A DNA stretch of 64,000 nt from Actinomycetes bacterium (GTDB taxonomy: Bacteria; Actinomycetota; Acidimicrobiia; Spongiisociales; UBA5794). Shown piece by piece: positions 18,073 to 28,063 of the stretch (its first letter is position 1; each line of letters opens with the position of its first letter). The notes beneath the pieces were generated by a model. The model was not told where the DNA came from. It did no database searches and saw only the letters and a program-made list of their open reading frames with translations. Position numbers and translations under genes: made by a program. The stretch spans positions 4,141-68,140 of the forward strand of contig JAMBLJ010000105.1 in NCBI GenBank assembly GCA_023336815.1. The letters run 5' to 3'.

Positions 18073-20114
18073 TAGCTTTCGCAGGATATCTCGCGATCTT
18101 CGTTGCCCTCGGGGCAGCGGTTTCGGTGACAGTGCAAGGAGTTCGCTACTCCCGAAGCGGTGATGCCGCAAAACTCCGTGTTCCCGTAGCCGTGTTGCTT
18201 GGGGCAGCCGCCTCATCGTTCGTTCTCCTCGAGATCGGGATCCTCTCGAGCGACTTTTCGATCGCGTACATCGCTAACAACACATCGACGACCACACCGT
18301 ATCTGTTCCTGTTCGCCGCTGCATGGGCGGCGCTCGAGGGGTCGATCGTTCTGTGGGGACTCGTGCTGGCTGTGTTTATCTGGCTTGTCTGGCGCCAGGT
18401 TGGCGACTCGGACGGACTGGGAGTGCTTGCACTCGCTGTTATGGGTGCGATCGCGATCTTCTGGTTCGGACTCATGGCAACAGCGGGTAATCCGTTCGCC
18501 GTGTGCGTCGAGGCAGCAACGTCGGCCTGTGCCGACTCATCCTGGTGGCCGTTCGTGCAATCCGTTGCCCCTCTCGATGGGCGCGGACCGAACCCACTGC
18601 TCCAGAATCACTTCATGATGGCTGTGCACCCTCCCCTCCTCTACGCAGGCTACGTCGGGTTCACGGTCCCTTTTGGATTCGCGATCGCAGCGCTCATCAG
18701 GCGCGATTACGGCCGTACGTGGCTCGACAGAACACACCGCTGGTCGTTGATTGCCTGGGTGTTTCTCACAGCCGGGATCCTCATCGGTGCCTGGTGGTCC
18801 TACGAGGTGCTTGGCTGGGGTGGTTACTGGGCCTGGGATCCGGTCGAGAACGCCTCGTTTCTTCCGTGGCTGACCGCAACGGCCTTCATCCACTCCGCGA
18901 TCGTGCAGCGACGAAGAGGCATGCTCCAGGCCTGGAACTTCATCCTTGTCATCGCCACGTTCGCCCTGACGATCCTTGGCACGTTCCTGACTCGATCGGG
19001 TGTGATCGCCTCCGTTCACGCGTTCTCACAATCCGTTGTCGGTCCAGCCCTCCTAGCGCTTCTCGCTGTCGTCGTCATCGGCTCTCTCGGTCTGTTCGTT
19101 TGGCGTTCCGCCGACATCGCACAAGCGCCGCGCCTTGACTCGCTGTCATCGCGCGAGGGATACATCCTTGCAAACAACCTCCTGTTGACGGTATTCGCGT
19201 TCACAGTTCTGTTCGGAACGATGTACCCGTTGATTATTGAAGCCACATCGGGTGATGAGGTCGCGGTAGGACGACCGTTCTTCGACAGGGCCTCGATCCC
19301 TCTTGCGCTGCTCCTGCTCTTCATTCTCGGCATCGGATCGATGTCTCCATGGAGGGTTGCGAGCCAGAAAGTTCTGTGGGAACGTCTTCGACTTGCGACA
19401 GTGGTTGGGCTCGTAGCTGGAGCGCTTGCCGTGGTGTGGAAGGGCATCGACTCCGTGTCGGTTGTTGTCACAATCGTTCTCACCGCCTTCGTGTTGACGG
19501 CCATCATCGGGCGGTTCGTGAGCGTGGTTCGTGGCCGTCCCGAATCTGTCGCGCGCGCGTCGGTGAAGGTTCTCAGAAACGAACCAGGGTATTGGGGCGG
19601 ACAGATCGCTCATATCGGAATCGCTCTCATGGCGCTGGCCATCGCAACGACAGGAGGTCTTGCGCTGCGGGATACGGTTGCGTTGGCCCAGGGTGAGACC
19701 GCTGTCGTCGGTTCGTACTGCATCCGGTACATCGAACCCGTTGCCCGCGTTGAACCGAACCGTACGGTGTCAGGCGTCGTCGTCGAGGTCCTGGACGAGT
19801 CGTGTTCTCGAGTTCTCTCCACGCTCGAGCCGAGGGTGAATAGCTACCCGGGATCGGCACAGCCGATCGGGACACCTGCAGTCCGAACCGGGTTGACCGA
19901 TGACGTCTATCTCGCTATTGCAGGAGGAGGCGCAGAACGGATCGAGCTGAACGTCTTCATCTTCCCCCTTCAATCCCTGTTGTGGGCCGGTGGATTCATC
20001 GTCTTGGTCGGCGGTCTGTTCTCGATGGTGCCGAAACCAAGGAAGCAACATCGAACGTCATACCAGGAACAAGACACAGACGTACGAGCCGAATCGAGAG
20101 CATCCGATGAGTGA
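18069..20114 (+). CDS. ccmF: Cytochrome c heme lyase subunit CcmF
   Basis: GTGA coupling. 681-aa polytopic protein with WWD domain GWGGYWAWDPVENASFLPWL. Confidence 0.9.
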   Translation: MIAFAGYLAIFVALGAAVSVTVQGVRYSRSGDAAKLRVPVAVLLGAAASSFVLLEIGILSSDFSIAYIANNTSTTTPYLFLFAAAWAALEGSIVLWGLVLAVFIWLVWRQVGDSDGLGVLALAVMGAIAIFWFGLMATAGNPFAVCVEAATSACADSSWWPFVQSVAPLDGRGPNPLLQNHFMMAVHPPLLYAGYVGFTVPFGFAIAALIRRDYGRTWLDRTHRWSLIAWVFLTAGILIGAWWSYEVLGWGGYWAWDPVENASFLPWLTATAFIHSAIVQRRRGMLQAWNFILVIATFALTILGTFLTRSGVIASVHAFSQSVVGPALLALLAVVVIGSLGLFVWRSADIAQAPRLDSLSSREGYILANNLLLTVFAFTVLFGTMYPLIIEATSGDEVAVGRPFFDRASIPLALLLLFILGIGSMSPWRVASQKVLWERLRLATVVGLVAGALAVVWKGIDSVSVVVTIVLTAFVLTAIIGRFVSVVRGRPESVARASVKVLRNEPGYWGGQIAHIGIALMALAIATTGGLALRDTVALAQGETAVVGSYCIRYIEPVARVEPNRTVSGVVVEVLDESCSRVLSTLEPRVNSYPGSAQPIGTPAVRTGLTDDVYLAIAGGGAERIELNVFIFPLQSLLWAGGFIVLVGGLFSMVPKPRKQHRTSYQEQDTDVRAESRASDE

Positions 20115-20529
20115 CAAGTTGAAGAACGCGATCTTCGCTGGCGTCGCTGTCCTTGCGTTCGGTGTGATCGTCATCGGTCTTGTCCGGAGCGATACGTCAG
20201 CCCCCACAGAGGCTGAACGAGTTGATGCGCTGGCCTCCGCTATCAAGTGCCCCTTTTGTAATGGTGAGTCCTTGAAGGAGTCACAGTCCACGGTTGCCAC
20301 CGAGTACCGCGTTCTCATCGCGCAGCGCGTCGCTGAAGGTGCAACCGATGATGAGGTCATTGCGGAATTCGCTGCCAACTTTGGAGATTCGTACATTCTC
20401 GATACGTCGACGAGCAGCTGGTCCATCGTTCTGTGGATCGTCCCGGTCCTTGCCGTGACGCTTGGTGTGAGCGTGGTCTTGTGGATGTATACGTCCGCGC
20501 GCCGCCGCAGGCAGAAGGTGGCGCCATGA
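20107..20529 (+). CDS. ccmH: Cytochrome c biogenesis protein CcmH (CycL)
   Basis: Overlaps the ccmF 3' end by 8 nt. Signal anchor, then IKCPFCNG (the LRCxxC-type redox motif of CcmH) and a C-terminal TM. Confidence 0.8.
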   Translation: MSDKLKNAIFAGVAVLAFGVIVIGLVRSDTSAPTEAERVDALASAIKCPFCNGESLKESQSTVATEYRVLIAQRVAEGATDDEVIAEFAANFGDSYILDTSTSSWSIVLWIVPVLAVTLGVSVVLWMYTSARRRRQKVAP

Positions 20530-21311
20530 GCGACAGGATCCGGCAACAGATCGAGTTGCTCCGCGCAGAGATCGAAGATGTTGATCTCCAGCTTGCTGAC
20601 GGTGAACTCGACGACGACACCGCAGTTCAGATCAAGACCAGATACGAGACCGAGCTTGCCGAGCTCGAGGCGGCCGCTGCTGCGACTCTGCAACCCGATC
20701 CTGAAGAGACGCGATCTGACGAGAGCAGCTCCGGGATCAGACGATTCAACGGACGTGCGATTGCAGGAATTGGCCTTGTTGTGGTTGCGATGACCGTCAT
20801 CGGCTATTTCGCGGTCCAGTCGTTGAGCACCCAGCAAGTTGTAGGAGCCGATGGGATCGTCGGAGATGTCTTGCGCGGCGAGGGTCAGGTGGACCTTGCC
20901 GATGTATCGAACGAGGAGATGGAGGAAGTTGTCGCGGCGAACCCGGACATCGTGCCCATGCGTCTTGCCCTCGCACGCCGCTACTTCGAAGGTGGGGAAT
21001 TCGATAAGGCGCTCCAGCACTACTTCGAGGTCCTCGATCGAGAGCAGCACCCTGAGGCTCTTGCCAACGTAGGGTGGATGACCTACCTCTCGAACCGACC
21101 CGATATTGCGGTGGGGTACGTAGAAGCTGCCCTGGATCGGCAACCCGACTACCTCGCTGCTGAGTGGTTCCTGGGAAACATCTACGTGGCGCTTGGCCGA
21201 AACGATGAAGCGGTTGTGTATCTGACGAGGATCACGACCTCGAGTGACGTCCCGGACGACATCAAGGCGTCTGCTGTGACCCTTCTCGATCAAGCCAGGG
21301 CGGGTGGATGA
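20526..21311 (+). CDS. ccmI: TPR-containing cytochrome c biogenesis factor (CcmI/CycH-like)
   Basis: ATGA-coupled. One TM (IAGIGLVVVAMTVIGYFAV) then TPR-like helices (ALARRYFEGGEFDKALQHYFEVL...). Confidence 0.65.
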   Translation: MSDRIRQQIELLRAEIEDVDLQLADGELDDDTAVQIKTRYETELAELEAAAAATLQPDPEETRSDESSSGIRRFNGRAIAGIGLVVVAMTVIGYFAVQSLSTQQVVGADGIVGDVLRGEGQVDLADVSNEEMEEVVAANPDIVPMRLALARRYFEGGEFDKALQHYFEVLDREQHPEALANVGWMTYLSNRPDIAVGYVEAALDRQPDYLAAEWFLGNIYVALGRNDEAVVYLTRITTSSDVPDDIKASAVTLLDQARAGG

Positions 21312-21940
21312 TGTCGTCGGAAGTTGAAGCGAACCAGCAGGACTCCGACGCATCCAAGCGTGGGGGGAAGATGGTGTGGGCAGCGATTGCGGCGGCGGTG
21401 ATCTTTATCGGCCTCGGCATCATCTTCACAGGTCGATTCGGCGGTGACCCCTCGATCTCGTCATCTCCTCTCGTCGGCAAACAGGCGCCAACAGATCCGA
21501 TCGCCTTGATGGATGGTTCGGGGCAGATCTCGGTGTCTGACTACGCCGGCGACATCCTCGTCGTCAACTATTGGGCGAGCTGGTGTCTGTCGTGTCGCGA
21601 GGAGCATCCGGTACTCCTGAGGGGTGCTACCGAATACCAGGATCTCGGGGTCACCTTCCTTGCGGTCAACTACCAGGACACTCCCTCGAACGCGGTCGGA
21701 TTTCTCGACGAGCTCGGGTGGAGCGAGGAGACGATCTACACCGTGGATGAAGGCTCCTCGACCGCCTTTGCCTGGGGTGTGCTCGGTCTTCCCGAGACCT
21801 TTTTCGTCGACCGCTCAGGCATCGTTGTTGGCAAGGTGTCGGGGCCGCTCAGTTACCCGCTGCTCTCCCAAACACTCGACCAGATCATCCTCGGCAACGC
21901 AATCGGTGACGTCACCACAGGCGAAGTAGAGAACAGGTAG
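21308..21940 (+). CDS. ccmG: Thiol:disulfide interchange protein CcmG/DsbE
   Basis: ATGA-coupled. TM anchor, WASWCLSC (CxxC) and the CcmG-specific GVLGLPETFFVD motif. Confidence 0.85.
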   Translation: MMSSEVEANQQDSDASKRGGKMVWAAIAAAVIFIGLGIIFTGRFGGDPSISSSPLVGKQAPTDPIALMDGSGQISVSDYAGDILVVNYWASWCLSCREEHPVLLRGATEYQDLGVTFLAVNYQDTPSNAVGFLDELGWSEETIYTVDEGSSTAFAWGVLGLPETFFVDRSGIVVGKVSGPLSYPLLSQTLDQIILGNAIGDVTTGEVENR

Positions 21941-22034
21941 CGGCAGACAACAGACGTCAGATCACTTCACTATCAGAGCACAGGAAGTCTGTCTGATGTC
22001 TGAAGCGCAGCGATCTGTCCTCTGTTGTCTGTCC
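21941..22034. repeat. Dispersed intergenic repeat, copy R4
   Basis: gcggcagacaacagacgtcagat ... gtctgtctgatgtctgaagcgcagcgatctgtcctctgttgtctgtcc carries the same core as R1 plus an internal inverted repeat (cagacgtcagat / tctgatgtctg). Convergent gap ccmG/DUF2277. Confidence 0.7.
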
Positions 22035-22234
22035 TACTTCACCTCCAGATTCTCCATGAGTTCCTGCGTTGACCTGGTGATCTCGGTTACGGCCTTGTCG
22101 AAGACGGCCTGGTTGTGGGCAGCGGGTTTGGTGAAGCCAGAGACCTTGCGGACGTACTGGCGGGCTGCCTCCACCATGGCATCGTGATCGTCGATGGTCT
22201 GTCCATCGCGAAGTCGGTGAATTGATCTGCACAT
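22034..22234 (-). CDS. DUF2277 small protein
   Basis: The 66-aa product ...AARQYVRKVSGFTKPAAHNQAVFDKAV... matches the DUF2277 pattern. Confidence 0.5.
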   Translation of the reverse strand: MCRSIHRLRDGQTIDDHDAMVEAARQYVRKVSGFTKPAAHNQAVFDKAVTEITRSTQELMENLEVK

Positions 22235-22265
22235 CGGCCGATCCTAACGACGACTCCCGTCGGGG

Positions 22266-23621
22266 TCACATGTCCATGTTGCCTTCGGCATCGGTGTGTG
22301 ACCACATGAAGAGTCGTTCTGCGACGACGATGATCACGATCGCTGCGGCGGCAACGTAGATGATCAGTGCGTCCTCAGATCCCTTGACCCACAAGAAAGC
22401 GGCCAGCACGACGATGTCGAGGCCGATGGCGGTCACGATGATCACAGGATTCACGGTGATCCGTGAACGAAGGTGACGCAGGATCCCCCAATGGATTGCG
22501 ATATCCATAATGAGGTAGAAGATCGCACCCAGCGCAGCGATTCGCTGAAGATCGAACAGGACCGTGAGGATCATTGCGAACGCGACTGTGTAGATCATTG
22601 CATGGGTGCGAAGAGTGCCGGGCAGTCCGAAGTGCCGATGCGGGACCTCCTTCATCCGGGTCAGCATGGTCAACATTCGAGATGCAGCGAACACGCTTGC
22701 CATGACACCGGAGGCAGTTGCGACGATCGCCAAACCTACGGTGAGCCACACTCCAGCATCACCAAAGGCAGGTTGCGCAGCGGCAGCAAGAACGAAGTTC
22801 TGGGCGTCGATGATCTCGGACAGATTCAGATTGCCTGCCACCGTCACTGCAAGCGCGATGTAGAGAACCGCAGAGATCGCGATCGAGATGATGATGGCTC
22901 TGCCCGTGTTGCGGTGGGGTTCGACGATCTCCCCACCACTGTTCGTGATGGTGGTGAAGCCCTTGTAAGCGAGGATCGCAATGGCGACGCCAGCGAGGAA
23001 ACCGCCGGTGACGGACGTATCAGATTCGAGTCTGCCGTTCGTGAAGTTCGCCGCATCGATGAACCACAACCCGGCTACAGCGAACAGTGCTAAACCCGTG
23101 ACCTTGATGGCCGCCATGACTCCCTGGGAAGCCTGGACTGCCCGGTTGCCCGCGATGTTGACCATGAAAGCTGCAGCGAGCAAGACAACACCGAGTACGG
23201 GAACCCACAAAGACACCGGCGTCAGCGGCACGATCTGTAGCACGTACTCGCCGAACGTACGAGCGACCAGGCTTTCGCTGATGACCATCGACACGTACAT
23301 CAACATCGCAAACACGCCTGTTGCGGTACCCAGACCGTATGCCTCCTTGAGGAACATCGCGATACCGCCAGAGGACGGGAATGCGTTGGAGAGTTTCACG
23401 TACGAATAGGCGCTGAACACAACAACGATCGCCGCCGCGAGGAACGCAACCGGGAAGAGGTCTCCCGCAAGAGCAGCGACCTGTCCGGTCAGAGCGAAGA
23501 TTCCCGCACCGATCATGACGCCGGTTCCGAGTGATACCGCTCCGAACAGACTCAGGCTGTTCGCATCTTCCTCGTGATCGCGTCCGCCCTCGCCGTGGCT
23601 GGACGCGCTCATCTCGTTCAT
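22266..23621 (-). CDS. APC-family amino acid permease
   Basis: 12-TM protein whose N-terminus carries SLFGAVSLGTGVMIGAGIFALTG, the APC signature region. Confidence 0.85.
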   Translation of the reverse strand: MNEMSASSHGEGGRDHEEDANSLSLFGAVSLGTGVMIGAGIFALTGQVAALAGDLFPVAFLAAAIVVVFSAYSYVKLSNAFPSSGGIAMFLKEAYGLGTATGVFAMLMYVSMVISESLVARTFGEYVLQIVPLTPVSLWVPVLGVVLLAAAFMVNIAGNRAVQASQGVMAAIKVTGLALFAVAGLWFIDAANFTNGRLESDTSVTGGFLAGVAIAILAYKGFTTITNSGGEIVEPHRNTGRAIIISIAISAVLYIALAVTVAGNLNLSEIIDAQNFVLAAAAQPAFGDAGVWLTVGLAIVATASGVMASVFAASRMLTMLTRMKEVPHRHFGLPGTLRTHAMIYTVAFAMILTVLFDLQRIAALGAIFYLIMDIAIHWGILRHLRSRITVNPVIIVTAIGLDIVVLAAFLWVKGSEDALIIYVAAAAIVIIVVAERLFMWSHTDAEGNMDM

Positions 23622-23858
23622 AGGAATAGTCCATCGTGTCGGTCAGTGCGCTTGGGCGGTGGTTTGGTGCCCACTGGTCTCGAACCTTGCGTCGGGTTGC
23701 CGAGTGTAGGCTCTGTCGCTCTGCGCGGTACTGATGTTCCGTTGGTCCAGACACCTCAGCATGATCGCTCGACCAGCCATCCTTCAAGGCGCAGCACGGC
23801 GACAGTTGACATTGGTCGCTCCATATCATCCGTTGACCGATCGATCTGAAGGAGTTCC

Positions 23859-26375
23859 ATGTCGAGCGAAGCCGACTACCGCCTGCCAAGAACCGTTGTG
23901 CCATCGCACTACGACATCGCTATCGAACCCGATCTCAGCGCTGCATCGTTCTCGGGTTCGGTCGCGATCGACGTGGTGGTGGGTGAACCGGTATCAGACA
24001 TCGTCCTCAATTCGATCGAACTCCAGATCCATGAGGCGACGGTCACCGTGAGAGGCGAAGTCTTCGAGGCGCGAACCTCCCTCGATGACAAGACCGAGCG
24101 GGTGTCGCTGTCGCTCGACACACCGCTGCCTGTTGGAAATGCAGTGGTCAACATTTCCTTCTCAGGCATCCTCAACGACAAACTCCATGGCTTCTACCGC
24201 TCGAACTACACCGCACCCGATGGATCGTCCAAGACCATTGCGACGACACAGTTCGAGGCCACGGATGCTCGCAGAGCCTTCCCGTGCTGGGATGAACCCG
24301 ATCTCAAGGCGACCTATTCGATACGCATCACTGTCGAAGAGGGTCTGCTTGCGGTATCGAATGCGGCTGAGATCGGTCGTGAAGTTCTCGACTCCGGAAA
24401 GACCGAGGTCTCGTTCGCGAAGACCATGAAGATGTCGACGTATCTCGTTGCATTCATCGTCGGCGAACTCGAGGCCACGGATGCCGTTGATGTGGATGGA
24501 ACCCCGCTGCGGATCATCGTTGCCCCGGGGAGCATGCATCTCACCCCCTTCGCCCTCGAGATGGGAGCTCACTGTCTCAGGTACTTTTCTGACTACTACG
24601 ACATTCCGTATCCCGGCGACAAACTCGACATGGTTGCCATCCCGGACTTCGCCTGGGGGGCGATGGAGAATCTCGGATGTATCACGTACAGGGAGACAGC
24701 CCTTCTCGTCGATACCAACTCGGCTACGACAGCTGAGAAGGAGCGCGTTGCCCACACGATCGCACACGAGATCGCCCATATGTGGTTCGGTGATTACGTC
24801 ACGATGCGTTGGTGGAACGGGATCTGGCTCAACGAGGCTTTCGCAACGTTCGCACAGACCAAGTGTGTCGATGCGTTCGATCCAGCATGGCAGAGCTGGC
24901 TGTCGTTCTCTTCTTCGCGGGCACTGAGTCAGGAGACCGATGCCCTTGCATCGACGAGGTCGATCGAGATGGAGGTGGCATCACCAGAGGAAGCCAATGC
25001 CATGTTCGATGTGTTGACGTACCAGAAGGGTTCGTCTGTCCTCCGCATGCTCGAGCAGTACCTTGGTGAAGATGCTTTCCGTGCTGGTGTGACGAGGTAC
25101 CTCAAGGCGCATGCGTATGGCACCACCGAAACCGCAGATCTCTGGCGAGCCCTCGCCGCCGAGTCAGGGGAACCCGTCGGTGAGATCATGGATACGTGGA
25201 TCTTCCAGGGAGGCTATCCGAGGATTTCGGTGACGCGTGAAGGGGACGACGTGATCCTGGAACAGTCCCCGTTCCGTTTGATCGGAGAAGGCGACGGTAA
25301 ATGGAAGGTACCCGTGCTGTATCGGACGGGTTCTGGTGAAGGGAAGGTTCTGGTCCAGGACGCTCCCGTCGCGATTCCAGCGGCCGACTCCGTACTCATC
25401 AACGCGGGAGGAGAGGGGTTCTTCCGGGTGTCGTACGAAGATGACCTTCGCTCAGATGTGCTCGAGCGTATGGCCGAACTTTCGGCAACAGAGCGATACA
25501 CGTTCGTCTCGGATGCGAAGGCGAACATGCTCAAGGGGGAACTTTCCGGTTCCGACTACCTGTTGCTTGTCACATCACTCTCTGAGGAAACAGACCGCGA
25601 CGTCTGGTCTGTTGCGATCTCGGGCATCGGAGAACTCAATCGGGTCATCTCATCGGACGACCGTCCGGCTCTCCAGAGTTTCGTTGCTGGACTCGTCTCA
25701 GGAAAGGTCGACGATGTCGGCTGGAGTGTTGACCCTGGCGATACCGATCGGGAACGCTCGATGCGTGGTCTGCTGCTCAAGACCCTTGGCACACTCGGTA
25801 GCGATCAGGAAGCCATTGCAACCGCCCGCTCCTTGTACACAGATCTGGACTCCACGGAGGTCGACGCCGAGGTGGCAGATGCTGCACTCTCGATCGTTGC
25901 AGCCCACGGCGACGCTGCGATGTTCGACGATCTGATCGCAAGATCACATGCTGCTGAAACGCCGCAGCTCACGGTCAAGTATCTTCGTGCCGCAACACAG
26001 GTAGCTGATCCCGATTCGGCTGAGCGAATGTTCCGTATGGTCCTCGGGGGTGATATCCGCTCCCAGGACTCGTTCTGGGTGCTTGCACTTCTCCTCGGTC
26101 ACCGTGAAAACGGGCCACGCGTGTGGAACCTGATGATGGAGAACTGGGATGCAACACTCGATTCGATGCCTCCTCAGAACGGTCGTCGGATGCTGGATCT
26201 CATCCACTACCGGTCCGAACCGGACGTAGCCGCATCGATAGAGAGCTGGTTCGCTGATCATTCGATCACGGGTGGTGAGGCGTACACGAAGCAGCAGCTC
26301 GAACTCATGCGGGTCCGTGTTGGGCTCAGGGAGCGGGAAGCAACGAGCATCGGCGATGCGCTTCGCTCGGTCTGA
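23859..26375 (+). CDS. pepN: Aminopeptidase N (M1 family)
   Basis: GAMEN motif (WGAMENLG), HEIAHMWFGD zinc-binding HExxH and WLNEAFA. 838 aa. Confidence 0.92.
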   Translation: MSSEADYRLPRTVVPSHYDIAIEPDLSAASFSGSVAIDVVVGEPVSDIVLNSIELQIHEATVTVRGEVFEARTSLDDKTERVSLSLDTPLPVGNAVVNISFSGILNDKLHGFYRSNYTAPDGSSKTIATTQFEATDARRAFPCWDEPDLKATYSIRITVEEGLLAVSNAAEIGREVLDSGKTEVSFAKTMKMSTYLVAFIVGELEATDAVDVDGTPLRIIVAPGSMHLTPFALEMGAHCLRYFSDYYDIPYPGDKLDMVAIPDFAWGAMENLGCITYRETALLVDTNSATTAEKERVAHTIAHEIAHMWFGDYVTMRWWNGIWLNEAFATFAQTKCVDAFDPAWQSWLSFSSSRALSQETDALASTRSIEMEVASPEEANAMFDVLTYQKGSSVLRMLEQYLGEDAFRAGVTRYLKAHAYGTTETADLWRALAAESGEPVGEIMDTWIFQGGYPRISVTREGDDVILEQSPFRLIGEGDGKWKVPVLYRTGSGEGKVLVQDAPVAIPAADSVLINAGGEGFFRVSYEDDLRSDVLERMAELSATERYTFVSDAKANMLKGELSGSDYLLLVTSLSEETDRDVWSVAISGIGELNRVISSDDRPALQSFVAGLVSGKVDDVGWSVDPGDTDRERSMRGLLLKTLGTLGSDQEAIATARSLYTDLDSTEVDAEVADAALSIVAAHGDAAMFDDLIARSHAAETPQLTVKYLRAATQVADPDSAERMFRMVLGGDIRSQDSFWVLALLLGHRENGPRVWNLMMENWDATLDSMPPQNGRRMLDLIHYRSEPDVAASIESWFADHSITGGEAYTKQQLELMRVRVGLREREATSIGDALRSV

Positions 26376-26542
26376 TCCCTGGGTCGAACCTGGCCATCGT
26401 GGGTGCCATCATAGGAGGCCCGATGAGCGACCAGCGGTACGTTGGCGAGCTCGCTGACATGTACTGTGTGGTGGGCTCCTAGCCTCGGGGAACGGCAGAC
26501 AGGCGGGCACCACGATGTGCCTCGACAGCGCGAGGAGCATGC

Positions 26543-28063
26543 ATGCAGGTTGTCATTGATGGATCGGCGCTCACCGTCGATGAGGTGATCGCGGTCGCCT
26601 TCGGGAAGGCTGATGTGGCCATCGGCGAAGGTCTCGACGACCGGATGGAACCCGCACGAGCACTTGTGGAACGTGTGCTCGACAATGACCAAACCGTCTA
26701 TGGCATCACCACAGGCTTCGGGGCGCTTGCCAACACTCGTGTCAGTGTTGACCAGGCTGCCGATCTGCAATACGACCTCCTTCGCTCACACGCTGCAGGT
26801 GTTGGAGACATCATGGATCGTGAAACCGTTCGTGCGATGCTCCTGTGCAGGGCGCGAACGCTGTCTCAGGGATACTCGGGTGTCCGCCCGGCCATCGTCC
26901 GATACCTCGTCGCGATGCTGGCAAACGACATCCTCCCCGCGGTGCCATCCCAGGGATCCGTTGGTGCATCCGGTGATCTGGCTCCCTTTGCGCACCTCGC
27001 CCTGCCTGTCATCGGGGAGGGCCTCGTCATGACCGATGCCGGGGTAGCGCCTTCGCTCCCCGTACTCCAGGCTCACGGGATGGAACCTCTCGAACTCCTT
27101 CCGAAGGAGGGGTTGAGCCTGCTCAATGGAACGGAGGGGATGCTTGCCCAGGGTTGCATCGCGGTCCATCGGGCGCGTCTCCTCGTTGATGCCGATGATG
27201 CTGCGTGTGCGCTCACGGTTGAAGCCCTCATGGGGTCAGAGCGACCGTTCGAGAAGCGGATCCACGATCTGCGACCTCACCCGGGACAAGCGCGTTCAGC
27301 GGAGAGGATTCGCAATCTTCTCGCAGGGTCGGCGATCTCGGCCTCTCATCGCGATGACTTCTCCCACAAGGTCCAGGATGCGTACAGCCTGCGATGTGCT
27401 CCCCAGGTGCATGGCGCCGTGCGCGACACGATTGCATACGCCGAGAACGTGTTCGGCATTGAACTCGGAGCGGTCGTCGACAACCCGATCGTATTCGCCG
27501 ACGATGGTGACGTCGTGTCTGGCGGTAACTTTCACGGTCAGCCCCTCGCGTTCGCTCTCGACTATCTCTCGATAGCGGTCACCGAGCTCGGTTCGATATC
27601 GGAGCGGCGTACCGACAGACTCCTTGACCCCGAACGCTCCGCAGGACTCACGCCCTTCCTCGCAACGAACCCTGGCGTATCGAGCGGGTACATGATCACC
27701 CAGTACACGGCTGCAGCGATCGTTGCCGAGAACAGAGTGCTCTCTCATCCGGCGTCGGTGGAATCGATACCAACCTCGGGATCACAAGAGGACCACGTGT
27801 CCATGGGGTGGGGTGCGGCGACCAAACTGGCAACTGTCCTCACCAACACAGCAAGGGTGGTGGCAGTCGAGCTCATGTGCGCCGCTCAGGGCGTTGAGCA
27901 GCGAGCCCCGGACCCCGCCCCAGGGACGGCGGCGGTCCACGGGGTCGTCCGCTCCGTATGCCCGACGCTTGTCGAGGATCGGGCGCCGGGGCCGGATATC
28001 GAGAAGATCGCGGCACTCATCAATGCTGGTGCGTTCAGTGACATCGAGGAGGTTCAAGTATGA
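26543..28063 (+). CDS. hutH: Histidine ammonia-lyase
   Basis: [15 protein letters not shown] (MIO-forming ASG) and GITTGFGA N-terminal motif. Confidence 0.92.
   Translation: MQVVIDGSALTVDEVIAVAFGKADVAIGEGLDDRMEPARALVERVLDNDQTVYGITTGFGALANTRVSVDQAADLQYDLLRSHAAGVGDIMDRETVRAMLLCRARTLSQGYSGVRPAIVRYLVAMLANDILPAVPSQGSVGASGDLAPFAHLALPVIGEGLVMTDAGVAPSLPVLQAHGMEPLELLPKEGLSLLNGTEGMLAQGCIAVHRARLLVDADDAACALTVEALMGSERPFEKRIHDLRPHPGQARSAERIRNLLAGSAISASHRDDFSHKVQDAYSLRCAPQVHGAVRDTIAYAENVFGIELGAVVDNPIVFADDGDVVSGGNFHGQPLAFALDYLSIAVTELGSISERRTDRLLDPERSAGLTPFLATNPGVSSGYMITQYTAAAIVAENRVLSHPASVESIPTSGSQEDHVSMGWGAATKLATVLTNTARVVAVELMCAAQGVEQRAPDPAPGTAAVHGVVRSVCPTLVEDRAPGPDIEKIAALINAGAFSDIEEVQV

Noticed and set aside
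23800-23830. TTGACA...TATCAT candidate promoter upstream of pepN.
   Set aside because: The spacer between the hexamers is only ~12 nt, outside the 16-18 nt range.
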